NCBI RefSeq assembly: GCF_009914755.1
Contig: NC_060925.1
Reading direction: 5' to 3' (one strand)
From: the human T2T-CHM13v2.0 reference genome, Homo sapiens
DNA length: 64,000 nucleotides
Position numbers and translations under genes: made by a program
Shown: in pieces, positions 1 through 14,069 of the stretch
Position numbering within the stretch: the first letter of the stretch is position 1
Layout: the number at the start of each line of letters is the position of its first letter
The notes under the pieces: generated by a model
What the model was told of the DNA's origin: nothing
Databases searched by the model: none
The model's input: the letters and a program-made list of their open reading frames with translations, nothing else

Positions 1-69
1 GGCAAGTGGAGCATTCTTGGCATTTCCTTGATCCATATATTTTTCTCGATCTTATTGCTTTTTGTAGAG

Positions 70-275
70 TTTAGCTAAATCCCACCTCCTCCAAGGAGCC
101 ATTCCAGATTCTTCCAGTTTGATTCCCACTTCTCCAGGGGGATATTGTTGGACTTAATTTCCATTATATAGTGAGGTCTTAGAGGGTAACAGCCCTGTCT
201 GGTGTGCCTTTGTCCTCACAGTACCTAGCCTTGGCCTTTGCTAATGATGAACACTCAAGAAATACACCTTGAATG
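70..275 (+). mobile_element. L2 LINE 3' fragment (ancient)
   Basis: Resembles the L2 3' end (cacctcctccaaggagcc...cacagtacctagc...ctcaagaaatac..tgaatg); boundaries approximate. Confidence 0.5.
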
Positions 276-789
276 TCTACTGATACGCTATCTTATAAGA
301 CCAAGTTAGGGATAAAGTCCCAGAACTTGAAATAAAATCCCTAATTCCCAGATGAACCATGCCCCTAGCTCTTTGTTCATTCTGCAGATGTAGTCATTGT
401 GATCACCATACCCAGTCACTGAAATTCAGGCAGCCAATCAAAACCATTTACTGAGCCCCAAAGTGTTGTAAATAAGGGATATGCAAGATAAATAAAAAGC
501 TGTACACCAACCTTTGAGAAACTTACTATCTTGCTAAGAAAATATACATGAGGGGGATGTTAAAAACACACCACCACCATATGTAGGTTATAAATCTTAG
601 GCTGCCAGGCAATAAACCTCAGCGGATATGTTCCCCCATTGCCCCGGGCCATTGTATACAAGTTATAGTACAGAGAGTGTATCAGTAAAACTATATTGGA
701 CCTGTTGCTCTGCATGAGTTTAGATTTATATTTAGCTCGAAAGTCCAGGCAAGCAGGACAAATCTCCTCTCTTTTTTTTAAATTACAGC

Positions 790-1045
790 CTTCCTAGTGG
801 TTACAGACATGAGTGCTGGAGACAGTCTGCCTTGGTCAGCACCTCAGTTCCCTTTTTCACTTGTTTGGCCTTGGACAAGTCACTTAACTTCTTGATCTAT
901 CACTTTCCTCATCTGTAAAATGGGAGTAAAAATCGGATGTTCCTCATAGCATTTTGGGGTTGATTAATTTGGTAAATTCAAGTCAAGCACTTACAACATT
1001 ACCTGTCACACAGTGAGCACTTAATACACACTGTTTATCATTAAT
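790..1045 (+). mobile_element. MIR SINE, near full length
   Basis: MIR core: ccttggacaagtcacttaac...tttcctcatctgtaaaatggg...aagcacttacaaca...cacagtgagcacttaata. Confidence 0.8.
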
Positions 1046-1419
1046 TGTTTCTTGGAAGCAGCGCATTTTGGCAAGAACACTGTTCACTAAGGCTGTTGAT
1101 TCCATGGCAAAAGTTATTCTCCAAAATTGAAAAACTTATCCTAGGCCTTATTGCTGGTTGGATTTTTCTTGCTTATTGATGAAAATTGCAAGGAAATAAA
1201 GAAGAGTGAGACAGGAGGGGCTAAAAGTTGTGACCCTTAGAAATTTCATGAGAAGTGTAAAATGGAGCAATGAAGACAGTGGTGATACCATAGAGGTTGT
1301 CCATCATTTATCTGAGAGAAGGGGGAGAGCAGTTAACTGTAAACCTCAGGCATGTGTTGATCTTGCAGTTTTAACAGTTTGCCAGTACTTGACATGCACA
1401 TACCTATATACTTCCAAAA

Positions 1420-1560
1420 AATCCTCATTACAACTTTTATTATCTCCATTTTGGAATTTAGAATATGGAGACTCCGGGAATTTAGGTGACTTGTCCAAGG
1501 TGAGACAAACAGCATGTGTTGAGTCCAGTATTGGCTTCTGTCTAACCCCAAACCCTTTAG
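1420..1560 (-). mobile_element. MIR SINE fragment
   Basis: Reverse MIR core: ttattatctccatttt...aggtgacttgtccaaggt. Confidence 0.6.
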
Positions 1561-3298
1561 TCTTGCAAAGACACTCTTATAAAATAGTTCTTCAAGTAGA
1601 AGAAGAATCACTTTACCATGAATTAAATTTAGGGCCTACCTTTCACCCTGCACATAGGTTACAGCCACCAGTAAATTTCTCCTGAAATCTAGAAAGCAAC
1701 TGGCTTTAAACAGAATCCAGTGTATATATCATTTGTACAAAGCGGAGAACCTTTGATTCTTAACCTTGAAACTTCCTCTGCCCCAACACAACATTTAAGA
1801 GAAAAAAAGCAAATATTCTTTTGCTGTTTAGATGCTCTGTTGCCTGCCTTCTGCAGCAGCATTGAGGTCCCTGGAGCACCTGAACCCATTTATATTCCAT
1901 CTGTTTCTTGCCTTCCTAAAGCAATTTTATTGCGCCCCAGAAGGCTTTGCTTCTCTCAGAGAGGGGAGAAGCACTCAAAGACATACAGCATGCACCAGAG
2001 ACTTTGCAGGTAGGCAAGAAAGATAAACAGGTTCAAGAGCCAGGAACACAGATATCTGAGCCTGTAGCACTTAGACATGCATTGGCCTACCCGATTCTTG
2101 GCTGCAAGATTACCGCTCAAAGAGACCTGTACCTAGGAGTCCACTCTGTGGGGAGAAAGCTGAACTTTTCATATGGTGGGTGAAACTCAGAGTGCTACTA
2201 AGAGACAGAGAGGAGAAAGGCATGCAAATTGATGGGAAGGTAGATTCTCATACATCTTGTTAAAATATAAAGAAGTACTGGAATGCTATATGGCCACTGA
2301 GTGCTGAGAGGGCTTGGCAAATCACTTTTCTCACTGAGAATGGCCTCAAGCTCGTCCTCCTGAAGCAAGAACATCTAAAGCCTATCCGTTTTGGTCCTTC
2401 AGGGGTGGATGTTGGCTGCTCCTGGGGAAAGGCTCCCCTGTGAAACCCTTGAAAGTGTTTCCCTGGAGCCATGCCTGGTTTAATGGCTCCTGTTTAGATG
2501 CAGTTATGACTGGCTTAGGAACCTGGGGGAGTGTGGAATCAGCAGGGGTAGGGATATGCAGTAGAGGGCAAAGGGGACTTGTTCATAGTTTTTCATGTAT
2601 CTGGAAACAGCGCTCAACATGGACTTCTCTTATTCCGAATTGTTATGGGAGTCAATTATTCCACCTATTAGGTTTTAATGTAGCACCAATAAGTCAAAAC
2701 CAGTTTAACAACTAAGAATTATAGTTGGTATAAAACGTTTGAATTTAGGCTAATAACATATACTAAGTTATAGACAGATGAGATTTAAAATGACTAAGGT
2801 AAGAAATTGGGTTCATAATGGACACATTAATAGGCCACTAAACTGACTTTAAAGGCTCTGGCAGGCACATTCAAGACACCAAATATATAAAAACTCCATC
2901 CATCCTGAGCTTCCTCATCATGTCACCTAATAGAATTTCAAACACTATTAGCACACTGATAAATGGTTATTATATATTACCCATGCATGCTGCCTTATGA
3001 ATTAAAAGACAAGCACAAGCATCAGGCATTTGTTGTATTGGGTAATTTTTCTTTATTCTTGATTATGAAATACTGAGTTTTACTTCCCCAGGTTGTTTCA
3101 GGAGCCATGAACCCCTTTCTAATTTCAGAAAACAAACATAAAAACCTTTTGTAACCAGAATGACCACATCTATGACGGGACAAATATTCAGAATAGCTTG
3201 AGAGAAAGCCATCCAGGGCAGCTGCTGTGGCACTCAGCTGACCAATATCTGAGGCCAGACCTAACTCTCCATTGCCACATCTGCCAGGCCAAGGACCA

Positions 3299-4055
3299 TC
3301 ATTCATTTACTCACCAAACATTTTTTTTGAGCAACTACTCTAACCTGAATGTTGTTCTAATCACTGTCAATATGACAGCAAACAAAATAGACATGATTTG
3401 TGCACTCATGGTGCTTGAGGTTTTGTGGGAGAGATAGGCACTTAACAGCCGAAAACTTGTTAATTACACATATAATTACTATGTGGGACCTATGGAAGAC
3501 AGAGAGAAGAAGAATTCTCTGAGAAATGGCAGTTAATCAGAAATCTGAATACGATTTATTCAAGTAAAGAAGAAATATATATTTAAATTTCTGAAGCAGA
3601 AAGCTCTTATGCTCACCAAAAGAAGTGGATTATGACTAACAGAGGACACTTCATGAAGATCAGGCCAAGGACTTAGGGTTTTGTCCTAAGAGCAACGGAG
3701 GTCACTGAAGAGATTTAAGCAGGGGAGCCATGTGGTTAAATTTGAGTTTTTAAAAACACTACTATTACTGTTATATGAAAAATGTGTTGATGGGATCAAG
3801 AGGAACAGCTAGAAGTGTAACTAGGGAGCTATTTCAGTAATCCATCTGTGTGATGATCGAGGCTTGCATCAAGATCAAGATGCCAACGGTGGAAATAAAG
3901 AACACTGAAAGGATTCAATATCCATTTTGAAAGTGGGGTCAACGAGACCTGTGATGGACAGGAAAGAGGGATGAAAAGAGAGGCAGATGTCAAGAGCTAC
4001 TTCCAGAGTTCCAGCATGAGGAACTGGATGGACAGAGATGCCATTTAGCCCCCTG
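3299..4055 (-). mobile_element. L2 LINE fragment
   Basis: Starts with reverse L2 tail (cattcatttactcaccaaacatttttttgagc), followed by typical reverse L2 body (ggacttagggttttgtcctaagagcaacgg...atttaagcagggga). Confidence 0.75.
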
Positions 4056-4883
4056 AGCTTACAGAGATATAAATCCATAAGGAAATTCCACTGACAGTAC
4101 ATCAATGCCTTGTCTATTGCAATAGCTTACTTTTCTGGGAGACTCATTGATGTAGAACTGAGTCAAGTAAGAGATAATACTTCCATGGAAGCCAAAATAC
4201 ACATCATAAAATCTATGAGCTTTGATGGAGAAAAGTTCCTAAACTCTCAATCAAAACCATCTATTTACTCTTCCTCTTAACATAACTTTCTTACATAGCA
4301 CTTACATGGCCATAAAATAATGACATAAAGCAAAATACAGAAACAAATGAATGACCCCACAGAGTAGGTAGAAACATACATAAGAACATGGAAACAACAT
4401 GAGAGTATGCAGTTTGCAATGTGAAAAAAATATTTGTGTGATATGGAAAGTTTTCATTGTGTTGATCATATTTACCCAAGAAAAATACACCTTCACTGAA
4501 TTTTCCTATATGTTTTTATTCATTAGAATAATTTCTATTATTGCTTTTATTTCTTTCTTTGTTTTTTGTCCTTTTCAGTTATTCTCTCTTTCCCTGTCGT
4601 TCTTATCTTTACGTTCTTTTTCCTTGGCAATTAGAAAATTAGACTTTCAATATTTATAATTAGATCTATGAAAAAAGACACAGTGAAGGTTGTAGAGAGT
4701 TTCTCAAAAGTCAGCTAATATACAAAGAAGACTGTAATAATCATTCTGAATTCTCAATGAAGTATCACTATGATCTCTTTAAAAATAAAGAGACTAATTT
4801 ATCTTTGTATCCTCAGATCTTAGCATATACCTAGAAAAATTGATTTAAAATTTCTTGAGGGAATGGGTATAATGATAGTCTAA

Positions 4884-5327
<444 letters not shown>

Positions 5328-5560
5328 CTAGAAGGCCTTCTAAAAGTCAGAGTAAACTATTTTTTTTTCATGTTATATTGCCCAGGAAAATTGTGGCATC
5401 ACTTTCCTTTGGAATTTAATTGAATTTGATATTTTATTATTGTATAAATAATATTACAAGAAATTGAAACAAAAAGAAAACACAAATCCAAGTCTCTAGC
5501 AATTGAACACATCAAATTAAACTCCCATTTATGTGAGTTTTTCCCTAGTCCCTGCCTACA

Positions 5561-5565
5561 ACACA

Positions 5566-5615
<50 letters not shown>
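5561..5615. repeat. (CA)n microsatellite, ~23 pure units
   Basis: Read directly. Confidence 0.98.
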
Positions 5616-5620
<5 letters not shown>

Positions 5621-5839
5621 ATATCTGAGGTAATCATAGCATGTATACAATTAAGCATTTTCTTTTGTGTAATATTATATCATAAACTTGTACAAAATTT
5701 TCAGTCATGATTTTAATGCATTAAAAAGTCCATCAATTTGAAAATGATCCAATCACCTATCTGCATTTCAAAAATTCATTAAAATAACAATGAAAATATA
5801 TCAAGAGGAAGACATCAATATCTATTAATTCACATGTTG

Positions 5840-5975
5840 TTCATCCATTAATTCAACAAATATTTATTGAATGCCAATCATATGTCAGACACTTTCATAG
5901 ACTCTGGGTACACCATGGGAATTAGAGTTTATTTCTGCTCTCATAGTGATTACAATTTAATGAGATGGAGAGACA
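5840..5975 (-). mobile_element. L2 3' end fragment
   Basis: attcaacaaatatttattgaatgcc..tatgtcagacact is the reverse L2 tail. Confidence 0.65.
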
Positions 5976-6455
5976 TTCTTCGCAGGGAAGCACAGAAAGA
6001 GTCAATCTTGGAGTTGACAGGCATGAGGATCAGGAGTGGGCTTTGGTACATAGGTTCAGGACAATTAAATAAAAATATTTCTATAAAAGAGCTGGGACTG
6101 GTGATTCCTCCACCTCCTACAAGGGTAAAGAGTAGCATTTGCCTCCACTTTAATCAAGTCCTTGGGAGTTGATTTCTAAACTTGTCTTTCCAAGAGTCCT
6201 TACTGGAGAACTGGGAATAGAGAAAAGAGACCAGAGCTAGAGATAACTCTAGACCCACACAACAGTCCAAAGTGTGAGTGGAGTTGCGGGGTGGGAAGAA
6301 AAGACAGCTCCAGGCTGGCACAGGAATGAAATAAATAAATTACTTTATTCTGTCCTCAGAGTAAACTCTCCCTTTCAATGGTGATGTTGGGAGAACTGAT
6401 GCTACGTGCCTATTTCCTTCCTACACATTCCACAGGGAAGCTTGACTGTCAGAAG

Positions 6456-6474
6456 CACAGCCCCCTGGTGGCCT
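6456..6474 (-). promoter_or_regulatory. CTCF-binding motif
   Basis: Minus strand reads AGGCCACCAGGGGGCTGTG, an exact match to the CTCF core GGCCACCAGGGGGC. Confidence 0.55.
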
Positions 6475-6599
6475 TACCAGGAAGAGGAGGGGGCCTTTGG
6501 TAAATCAAGTAATGACCACAAAAATCTTACCATTAACTTATGCTAATTGCATGATCCTCATTTATCCATGTTGACAGTTACCTAACCAATAGCATAAAA

Positions 6600-8240
6600 T
6601 AAGGTTATCAAAAATAAACAAATAGAACAAATGACCCTAGGGAAGTGGAGCTAGTGTTAAGAACAGAAGAAAACATAAAAATTTGATTGGTATCCTAGTA
6701 TATATTCAAGAAGATATTATATCCCTAAAACACAATTAGACCACTCCAAAAAGAAGTAATCAGGAAGTAAGACAGACTTTTAAGAAATTAAATAAGATTT
6801 CTAAAAGGTAAAGAAATGAATAAAAGAACTCAATAATGAATGAACACGGCTGAAAAATGAACTTGAGTGATTTGGAAGATAGGGTTGAGAAAAATACTCC
6901 AGAACTAAATAACAAAGGAATGGAAACTATGGGACAATGCTTCATCAAATGCCAATTCAGAACAGATCAAAGTATCTAGAATTCTTGAGGGAAATAATAT
7001 TCTTTCCCACACATGGGAAATACAGTCAAATAAATGATAGAAAAAAATTTGACTGAGCTAAAGGCACAACTGATTACGCAAATTGAAATCCTAGATGCAT
7101 TTTTATAAAATTTCAGAACTTAAGAGCAATGAGAAATCCTAAGAAGTCCCAGAGAGAAAAAATAGATTATCAACAAAGGACAAAAAATATACCAACATTA
7201 CACTTTTTAATCAGAAGTAAAAGCTAGTTAACAGGCAACTTTAAAGTTTTAGCCAAACTGTCATTTCTGTTGGAGAACTCATACAAGCCTTCTCTTAGAA
7301 AAAAAAAAAAAAAGTAAAAGAAATTACTAGAGGATGCACTTCAATGAAACAAAACAGGAATCCTGAAATTATGACATGGAATTGAAACACAATGGTACTA
7401 ACACAGGGCAATACAAAAAGACAGTAATTGTGCAGCAGCCCTAATAAGCAATGTGTAAAATCAGTGAGAGTGCTATGTAAAAAATATCTTTAATAAGCAA
7501 CTTGATTCTTTTACAAATTGCATAATCCAAAAATGAAAGTTCTCTATGATAACATAAAATCACTTGCGTTTTCCCTATCTCAATATGAAAAATAAAGGTA
7601 TTTAGCAATTCTACGAATAAATAGATGCAATGAAAGCCATCATCCAAACAATGCGCTCATTCTAAGGAAGTTAACAAGTATAGCCAGGAAAATAGACTCT
7701 GTTTGCTCTTGATGCTTAGACTCAACAGTCTCCTTTAAGTGGTGGAAATTGAAATTGTCCCAAGATGGACATATACTTCTCTGTGAATCCAATCACTTCA
7801 CTTCGTTGTGCTGGAAATAATATTTATATTACAATGATATTACATAGGTGTTGATTTTCAATTTATAAAATCAACTTACAGAGACAAACCAAAGAAGACA
7901 ATTATAATTACAAGACATATAAGAGTAATAGTATAATTAATTGTACTGGGATCTGAAGAAAGGGAGAGAAAAATAGATGAAAAAAAGTAGGCTCATTAAT
8001 TTCCTCACTTATCTAGTTAAGACTCAATAGATGCTCTCTAAATTGATGAATAAAGAATAAATAAAAGCCTAGATATATTATTTAGTTATAAATGTAATGG
8101 CTAGAAGTACTAATAATATAACTAATAAAACTGAGAGATAAGTGTGTTAAAATCCCAATGTTTTATAGTTTGGCATAAATAGATGCAGTCTAAAGTTGAT
8201 AAATTGGGAAACAGATATATAAATATATTATTTAGAATTT
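6600..8240 (+). mobile_element. HAL1 / old L1M ORF1-like relic
   Basis: A-rich degenerate ORF1-like sequence (attggtatcct...ttcaagaagatatt..atccctaaaaca; gagtgatttggaagatagggttgagaaaaat); a repeated 3' unit (tagatgc..tctaaa.ttgat...atatattatttag) occurs at ~8030 and ~8180. Confidence 0.6.
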
Positions 8241-8404
8241 ATGTAGCAATTCATGGTGGATGAACCTTGACTCTCATTACAGCCTGTTGTATTGTTTGTT
8301 TATAGCAGATGACTCAGGAAAATAGCTCTCAGTAATATGTGATAAAAGAACTCATAACTGTCATTCAATTTCAAGTCTAATTTCTCTAGGAGGAAAAGAT
8401 TGCC

Positions 8405-8459
8405 TTTTTTTTTTTTTTTTTTTTTTTTTTGGAGATAGTCTTGCTTTGTCACCCAGTCT
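8405..8459 (-). mobile_element. Alu 3' stub (T26 plus ~29 bp of body)
   Basis: T26 followed by ggagatagtcttgctttgtcacccag, then abrupt loss of Alu similarity. Confidence 0.8.
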
Positions 8460-8872
8460 ATGGTTTGTGTGTGTGTGGTAGCCTGACTTTAATTCCCATG
8501 AGAAGCAGAAACTGACAAAATGTCCAGCTCAGATGCAATGAGGAGCAAAGCAGAGCCACCTTAAGCAGAAACAACTGGTGACTCAAGGAATTTTCAAAGG
8601 AAAATGGGCTACTTGGGGGAGTATTCAAAGCACTGTGAAAACCATATATCCTAGTCTTGGTTCCTGATAATGTGTTCTGGATATGGCAAAGTAGGAAGAA
8701 TCTTATAAAGACCTTTCAAAGTTTAGGTACCCTTCTCATGCTTTTGGGACTTGAGTTTTGCTAGTTATTCCATTTTTTAAATCAAACACATTTATCTGAT
8801 TTTGAGAAAAGATTTTATTTGAAGTAATCAATGATAATCATCCATCAAATTCCATTTTGATCCACTCTGGAC

Positions 8873-9040
8873 TTTTTTTTAAGAGGCAGAGTCTTGCCAT
8901 GCTACCCAGGCTGAAGTCCTGTGGCTATTCACAGGCACAATCACAGTGCACTACAGCCGGCAACTCTTGGGTTCAAGTGATCATCCTGTTTCCGCCTTAT
9001 AAACAGATAGGACTACAGGTGTGTGCCACTGCACTCAGCT
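8873..9040 (-). mobile_element. FAM (fossil Alu monomer)
   Basis: Single monomer with the 7SL-like segment gtggctattcacaggcacaatc; TSD-like cactctggac (8863-8872) and cactctgaac (9043-9052). Confidence 0.8.
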
Positions 9041-9289
9041 CTCACTCTGAACAATTTAAATGCCACTTTAAAGAAAATCCAAGTCTGCTGTTAGGACCCT
9101 CTCTCTTAAGAATATTTTGCAAAGAAAAGCATAAAAAGAGACTGTGCTCAGATGCTCAAGACAGCACATTAGACATGTATCACCAGGAGCTAGAGCTGCA
9201 CAGGGCTGTGCTTACACCTGCTGCCCTATGTTTCTCAATGTGCATGCAATGTGGGGCCAGACAGACAAGATGACTGGTCATGCTTCCCT

Positions 9290-9470
9290 TAAAAACTGTG
9301 TGCCTCTTGACAATTGCAAAGCCTCTCCAAGCCTCATTTGCTCATCTGTAAAGTGGACATATTAAAGACAATTAGATACAACCTACCTCATTGATTTATA
9401 ATGGTACTCGAATAAGATCATTTGTTAATGGTTCTTTATAAATTTAATATATTGTTGTTATTATTATTAC
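9290..9470 (+). mobile_element. MIR fragment
   Basis: cctctccaagcctcatttgctcatctgtaaagtgg...acctacctca. Confidence 0.6.
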
Positions 9471-10444
9471 CATTCATATCATCATGGGATAGATTTTAAG
9501 AAAACTCTTTCACTTGGCTCATTTTTCTTTCTTTTGCTCTTGCCTAGCATTGAGTATATCGATGGCATAAGATTTCAAATGGTTATGCCAGCTCATTGGC
9601 TTTTCTTCTCCAAGATCAAAAAGGCTCTTCATCTTGACCACACCAGTGAAATGGAATTTAAGTTTCCTTGCTAAAGCATAACATCAGAGTTCCAATTAGG
9701 AATTTTTGCGGCTGGCTACTTCCATAATTAGACACATTTGGTGGTTCCTTTTATTACCCTCCATTCTCAAGTCCTTCATCTTATATTACTTCTCTATGTG
9801 TCTCTCTCTAAAGTCAATGGCTTACACATTTCTGTATCTCTTTGATTTGCCAGTTTCTGTGGTCCGTTGTCTCCTACGTATCCTCTTGCATCATTAGTAA
9901 ACTATCATTAGATGCTTAATAAATTACTAGAATTTATTAGAATCCCTTTCAAACAAAGCATTTTGAAGTGCCAATTACTGATTGGTATGGCCTGGTAAAA
10001 CTATTTTTTATTAAATCAGGCTTATGAATATAGATAGGAAATACACCCTTTGTGATAGGTAGATCTCTGAATCAAATTGAGAATGTTTCTCCAAGCATTT
10101 TTCACATCTCTTTAGCCATCCAGAACTATGAATTTTATAATATTTAACCTTCTATATATTTTATAGTTAATAAGGGGATTAAAAATTAAGTAAAATGAGA
10201 GTCATCTATTATTGTATTAGGTTGCAATACTGCACAAAGTACTATAAAAAGCATTGAAAAATACAAATTATTTCAGAAGACTAATTAAAGAAGAACTCAA
10301 GTACCCTAATTCTACACACCATTATATTTTTAAAATAACCCATGAAACAAAGAAGTTGGTTTGTTGTTGCTTTTCCAAAGAAGCATGTGGTAATTTTAAC
10401 ATGGCTTATGGCAATGCATTAATTGCATAAAATATCATTTCTGG

Positions 10445-10989
10445 GACTCAGTCTGCAATTCTCTTCTCTATCTACACTCACTCCCTCAGTGATCCTATTT
10501 ATTTTTGTGGCTATAAGTACCACCTCTATACTCTTAATTTCCCACTTGTATTCTTGTCCCAACCAGACCTCAATGCATACGTCCAAATACTGACTTCACT
10601 TTACACCTGGATGTGTAATAGTCAATTCAAACTTAACATTTACAAACAAAGTGAACTCCCCATTCTTCCCACCAAGTACTCCTCTCACAATGCTCCTCAT
10701 ACCTGTACAGGGTGCCAACATTCATTTAGAGGCTAATATTAAAATCTTGGATTCATCCTTGATTCCTCTCTTTCTCTCACTTCCCACATTCAATTCATCA
10801 ACATATCTTGTCAAATACACATTTAAAATATTTCCCAAGTGGACCATTTCTCACCATATCTACACATTTCATCCCAATCCAAACACTATCACCTTGTATC
10901 TGACAATAGCAATGGCTTCTTAGCAGGTTTGCTGCCTCTATTCTTACTCTATACTGTCTATTCTCCACATAGCAGCTAAATGACCTTTT
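10445..10989 (+). mobile_element. L2 LINE, 5' part (interrupted by the L1)
   Basis: ctcttctctatctacactcactccct...cctggatgtgtaatag..tcaaacttaacat...attctccacatagcagc matches the L2 RT/3' region. Confidence 0.8.
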
Positions 10990-12404
10990 TTGTTGTCATT
11001 CAGGGGATTTTTCTTTATTTCTTCTAAAAAAAAAAGGGATACATGTGTAGAATATGCAGGTTTGTTACATAGGTATACATGTGCCATGGTGGTTGGCTGC
11101 ACCTATTGACCCATCCTCTAAATTCCCTCCCCTTGCCTCCCATCCCCCAACAGGCACTGGTATGTATTGTTCCCCTCTCTGTGTCCATGTTTTCTCAATG
11201 TTCAACTCCCACTTGTGAGTGAGAACATGCAGTGTTTGGTTTTCTGTTCCTGTGTTAGTTTGCTGAGGATGATGGCTTCCAGCTTCATCCATGTCCCTGC
11301 ATAGGACAAGATTTCATTCCTTTTTAAGGCTGCATAATATTCCATGGTGTATGTGTACCACATTTTCTTTATTGAGTCTATCACTGATGGGCATTTGGGT
11401 TGGTCCCATGTCTTTGCTATTGTAAATAGTGCTGCAATAAACATACATGTGCATGTGTCTTTATAGTAGAATGATTTATATTTCTTTGGGTATATACCCA
11501 GGAATGGGATTGCTGAGTCAAACGGTATTTCTGGTTCTAGATCCTTGAGGAATTACCATACTGTCTTCCACAATGGTTGAACTAATTTACATTCCCACCA
11601 AACGTGTAAAAGAGTTCCTATTTCTCCACAGCCTCACCATCATGTTTTGTTTCCTGACTTTTTAATAATCGCCATTCTGACTGGCGTGATATGGTGTCTC
11701 ATTGTGGTTTTGATTTGCATTTCTCTGATGATCAGTGATGTTGAGCTTTTTTTCATGTTTGTTGGCCACATAAATGTCTTCTTTTGAGAAGTGTCTGTTC
11801 ATGTCCCTTGCCCACTTTTTGATGGGGTTGTTTTTTTCTTGTAAATATGTTTCAGTTCCTTGTAAATTCTGGATATCACACCTTTGTCAGATGGGTAGAT
11901 TGCAAACATTTTCTCCCATTGTGTAGGTTGCCTGTTCACTCTGACGATAGTTTCTTTTGCTGCGCAGAGCTCTTTAGTTTAATTAGATTCCATTTGTCAA
12001 TTTTGGCTTTTGTTGCAATTACTTTTGGCATTTTCATCATGAAGTCTTTGCCCATGCCTATGTCCTGAATGGTATTGCCTAGGTTTTCTTCTAGGGTTTT
12101 TATGGTTTTGGGTTTTACATTTAAGTCTTTAATCCAACTTGAGTTAATTTTTGTATAAGGTGTAAGGTAGGGATCCAGTTTCAGTTTTCTGCAAATGGCT
12201 AGCTAGTTTTCCCAGCACCATTTACTGAATAGGGGATCCTTTCCCCATTGCTTATTTTTGCCACGTTTGTCAAAGATCAGATTGTTGTAAATGTGTGGTG
12301 TTATTTCTCAGGTCTCTGTTCTGCTCCATTGGTCTATATGTCTGTTTTGGTACCAGTACCATGCTGTTTTGGTTACTGTAGCCTTGTAATATAGTTTAAA
12401 TTCA

Positions 12405-12572
<168 letters not shown>

Positions 12573-12618
12573 TTACACGATATTGATTCTTCCTATTCAT
12601 AAGCATGGAATGTTTTTT

Positions 12619-13731
12619 TCATTTGTTTATGTCCTCTCTTCTTTCCTTGAGCAGTGGTTTGTAGTTCTCCTTGAAGAGGTCCTTCACATCCCTTGTTAGC
12701 TCTATTCCTAGGTATTTTATTCTCTTTGTAGAACTGGTGAATGGAAGTTCATTCATGATTTGGCTCTCTGTTTGCCTATTGTTGGTGTAAAGGAATGCTT
12801 GTGATTTTTGTACATTGATTTTGTATCCTGAGACTTTGCTGAAGTTGATTATCAGTTCAAGAACTTTTGGGGCTGAGATGATGGGGTTTTCTAAATATAA
12901 AATCATTTCGTCTTTAAACAGAGACAACTTAACTTCCTCTCTTCCTATTTGAATACCCTTTATTTCTTTCTCTTGCCTGACTCCCCTGGCCAGAACTTCC
13001 AATGCTATGTTGAATAGGAGTGGTGAGAGAGGGCATCCTTGTCTTGTGATGGTTTTCAAAGGGAATGCTTGAGTTTTTTGCCCATTCAATATGATATTGG
13101 CTGTGGGTGTGTCATAAATTGCTCTTATTATTTTGAGATATGTTCCATCAATACCTAGTTTATTGAGAGTTTTTAACATGAAGGGATGTTGAATTTTATC
13201 AAAGGCCTTTTCTGCATCTATTGAGATAATTGTGTGGTTTTTGTCTTTGGTTCTGTTTACGTGATGGATTACATTCATTGATTTGCATATGTTGAACCAG
13301 CCTTTCACCCCAGGGATGAAGCCGACTTGATCGTGGTGGATACATTTTTTGACATGCTGCTGGATTCGGTTTGCCAGTATTTTATTGAGGATTTTCGCGT
13401 CGATGTTCATCAGGGATGTTGGCCTGAAGTTTTCATTTTTTGTTGTGTCTCTTCCCGGTTTTGGTATCAGGATGATGCTGGCTTCATAAAATGACTTAGG
13501 GAAGAGTCCCTCCCTTTCAATTGTTTGGAATAGTTTCAGAATGAATGGTTCCAGCTCCTCTTTGTATTTCTGGTAGAATTCAGCTGTGAATTCATCTGGT
13601 CCTGGGCTTTTTTCGGTTGATAGGCTATTAATTACTGCCTCAATTTCAGAGCTTGTTATTGGTCTATTCAGGGATTCAACTTCTTCCTGGTTTAGTCTTG
13701 GTAAGGTGTATGCATCCAGGAATTTATCCAT
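12619..13731 (-). pseudogene. L1 ORF2p fragment (Z-domain and reverse transcriptase)
   Basis: 370-aa ORF with [31 protein letters not shown] and [11 protein letters not shown]; the catalytic FADD motif reads FKDE; the rest of ORF2 is disrupted. Confidence 0.95.
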
Positions 13732-14069
13732 TTCTTCTAGATTTTCTAGTTTATTTTCATAGAGGTGTTTATAATATTCTTTGATGTTAGTTTGTATTTC
13801 TGTGGGGTCAGTGGTGATATCCCCTTTATCACTTTTTTATTGTGCCTATTTGATTCTTCTCTTCTTCTTTATTTGTCTAGCTAGCAGTCTATCTGTTTTG
13901 TTAATTTTTCAAACAACCAGCTCCTGGATTTGATTTTTTGGAGGGTTTTTTGTGTCTCTATCTCCTTCAATTCTTCTCTGATCTTAGTTATTTCTTGTCA
14001 TCTGCTAGCTTTTGGACTAGTTTCCTCTTGCCTTTCTAGTTCTTTTAACTGTGATGTTAGGGTGTTGAT

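Noticed and set aside
1206-1685. 159-aa ORF
   Set aside because: GTG start, runs through a MIR, no recognisable homology or splice context
8025-8240. ~150-bp-period imperfect direct repeat
   Set aside because: Inside the HAL1-like element and probably part of its consensus structure
12619-13731. Functional or domesticated reverse transcriptase
   Set aside because: Catalytic FADD is mutated to FKDE and the flanking ORF2 is disrupted; a long open stretch is expected in an L1 of this age
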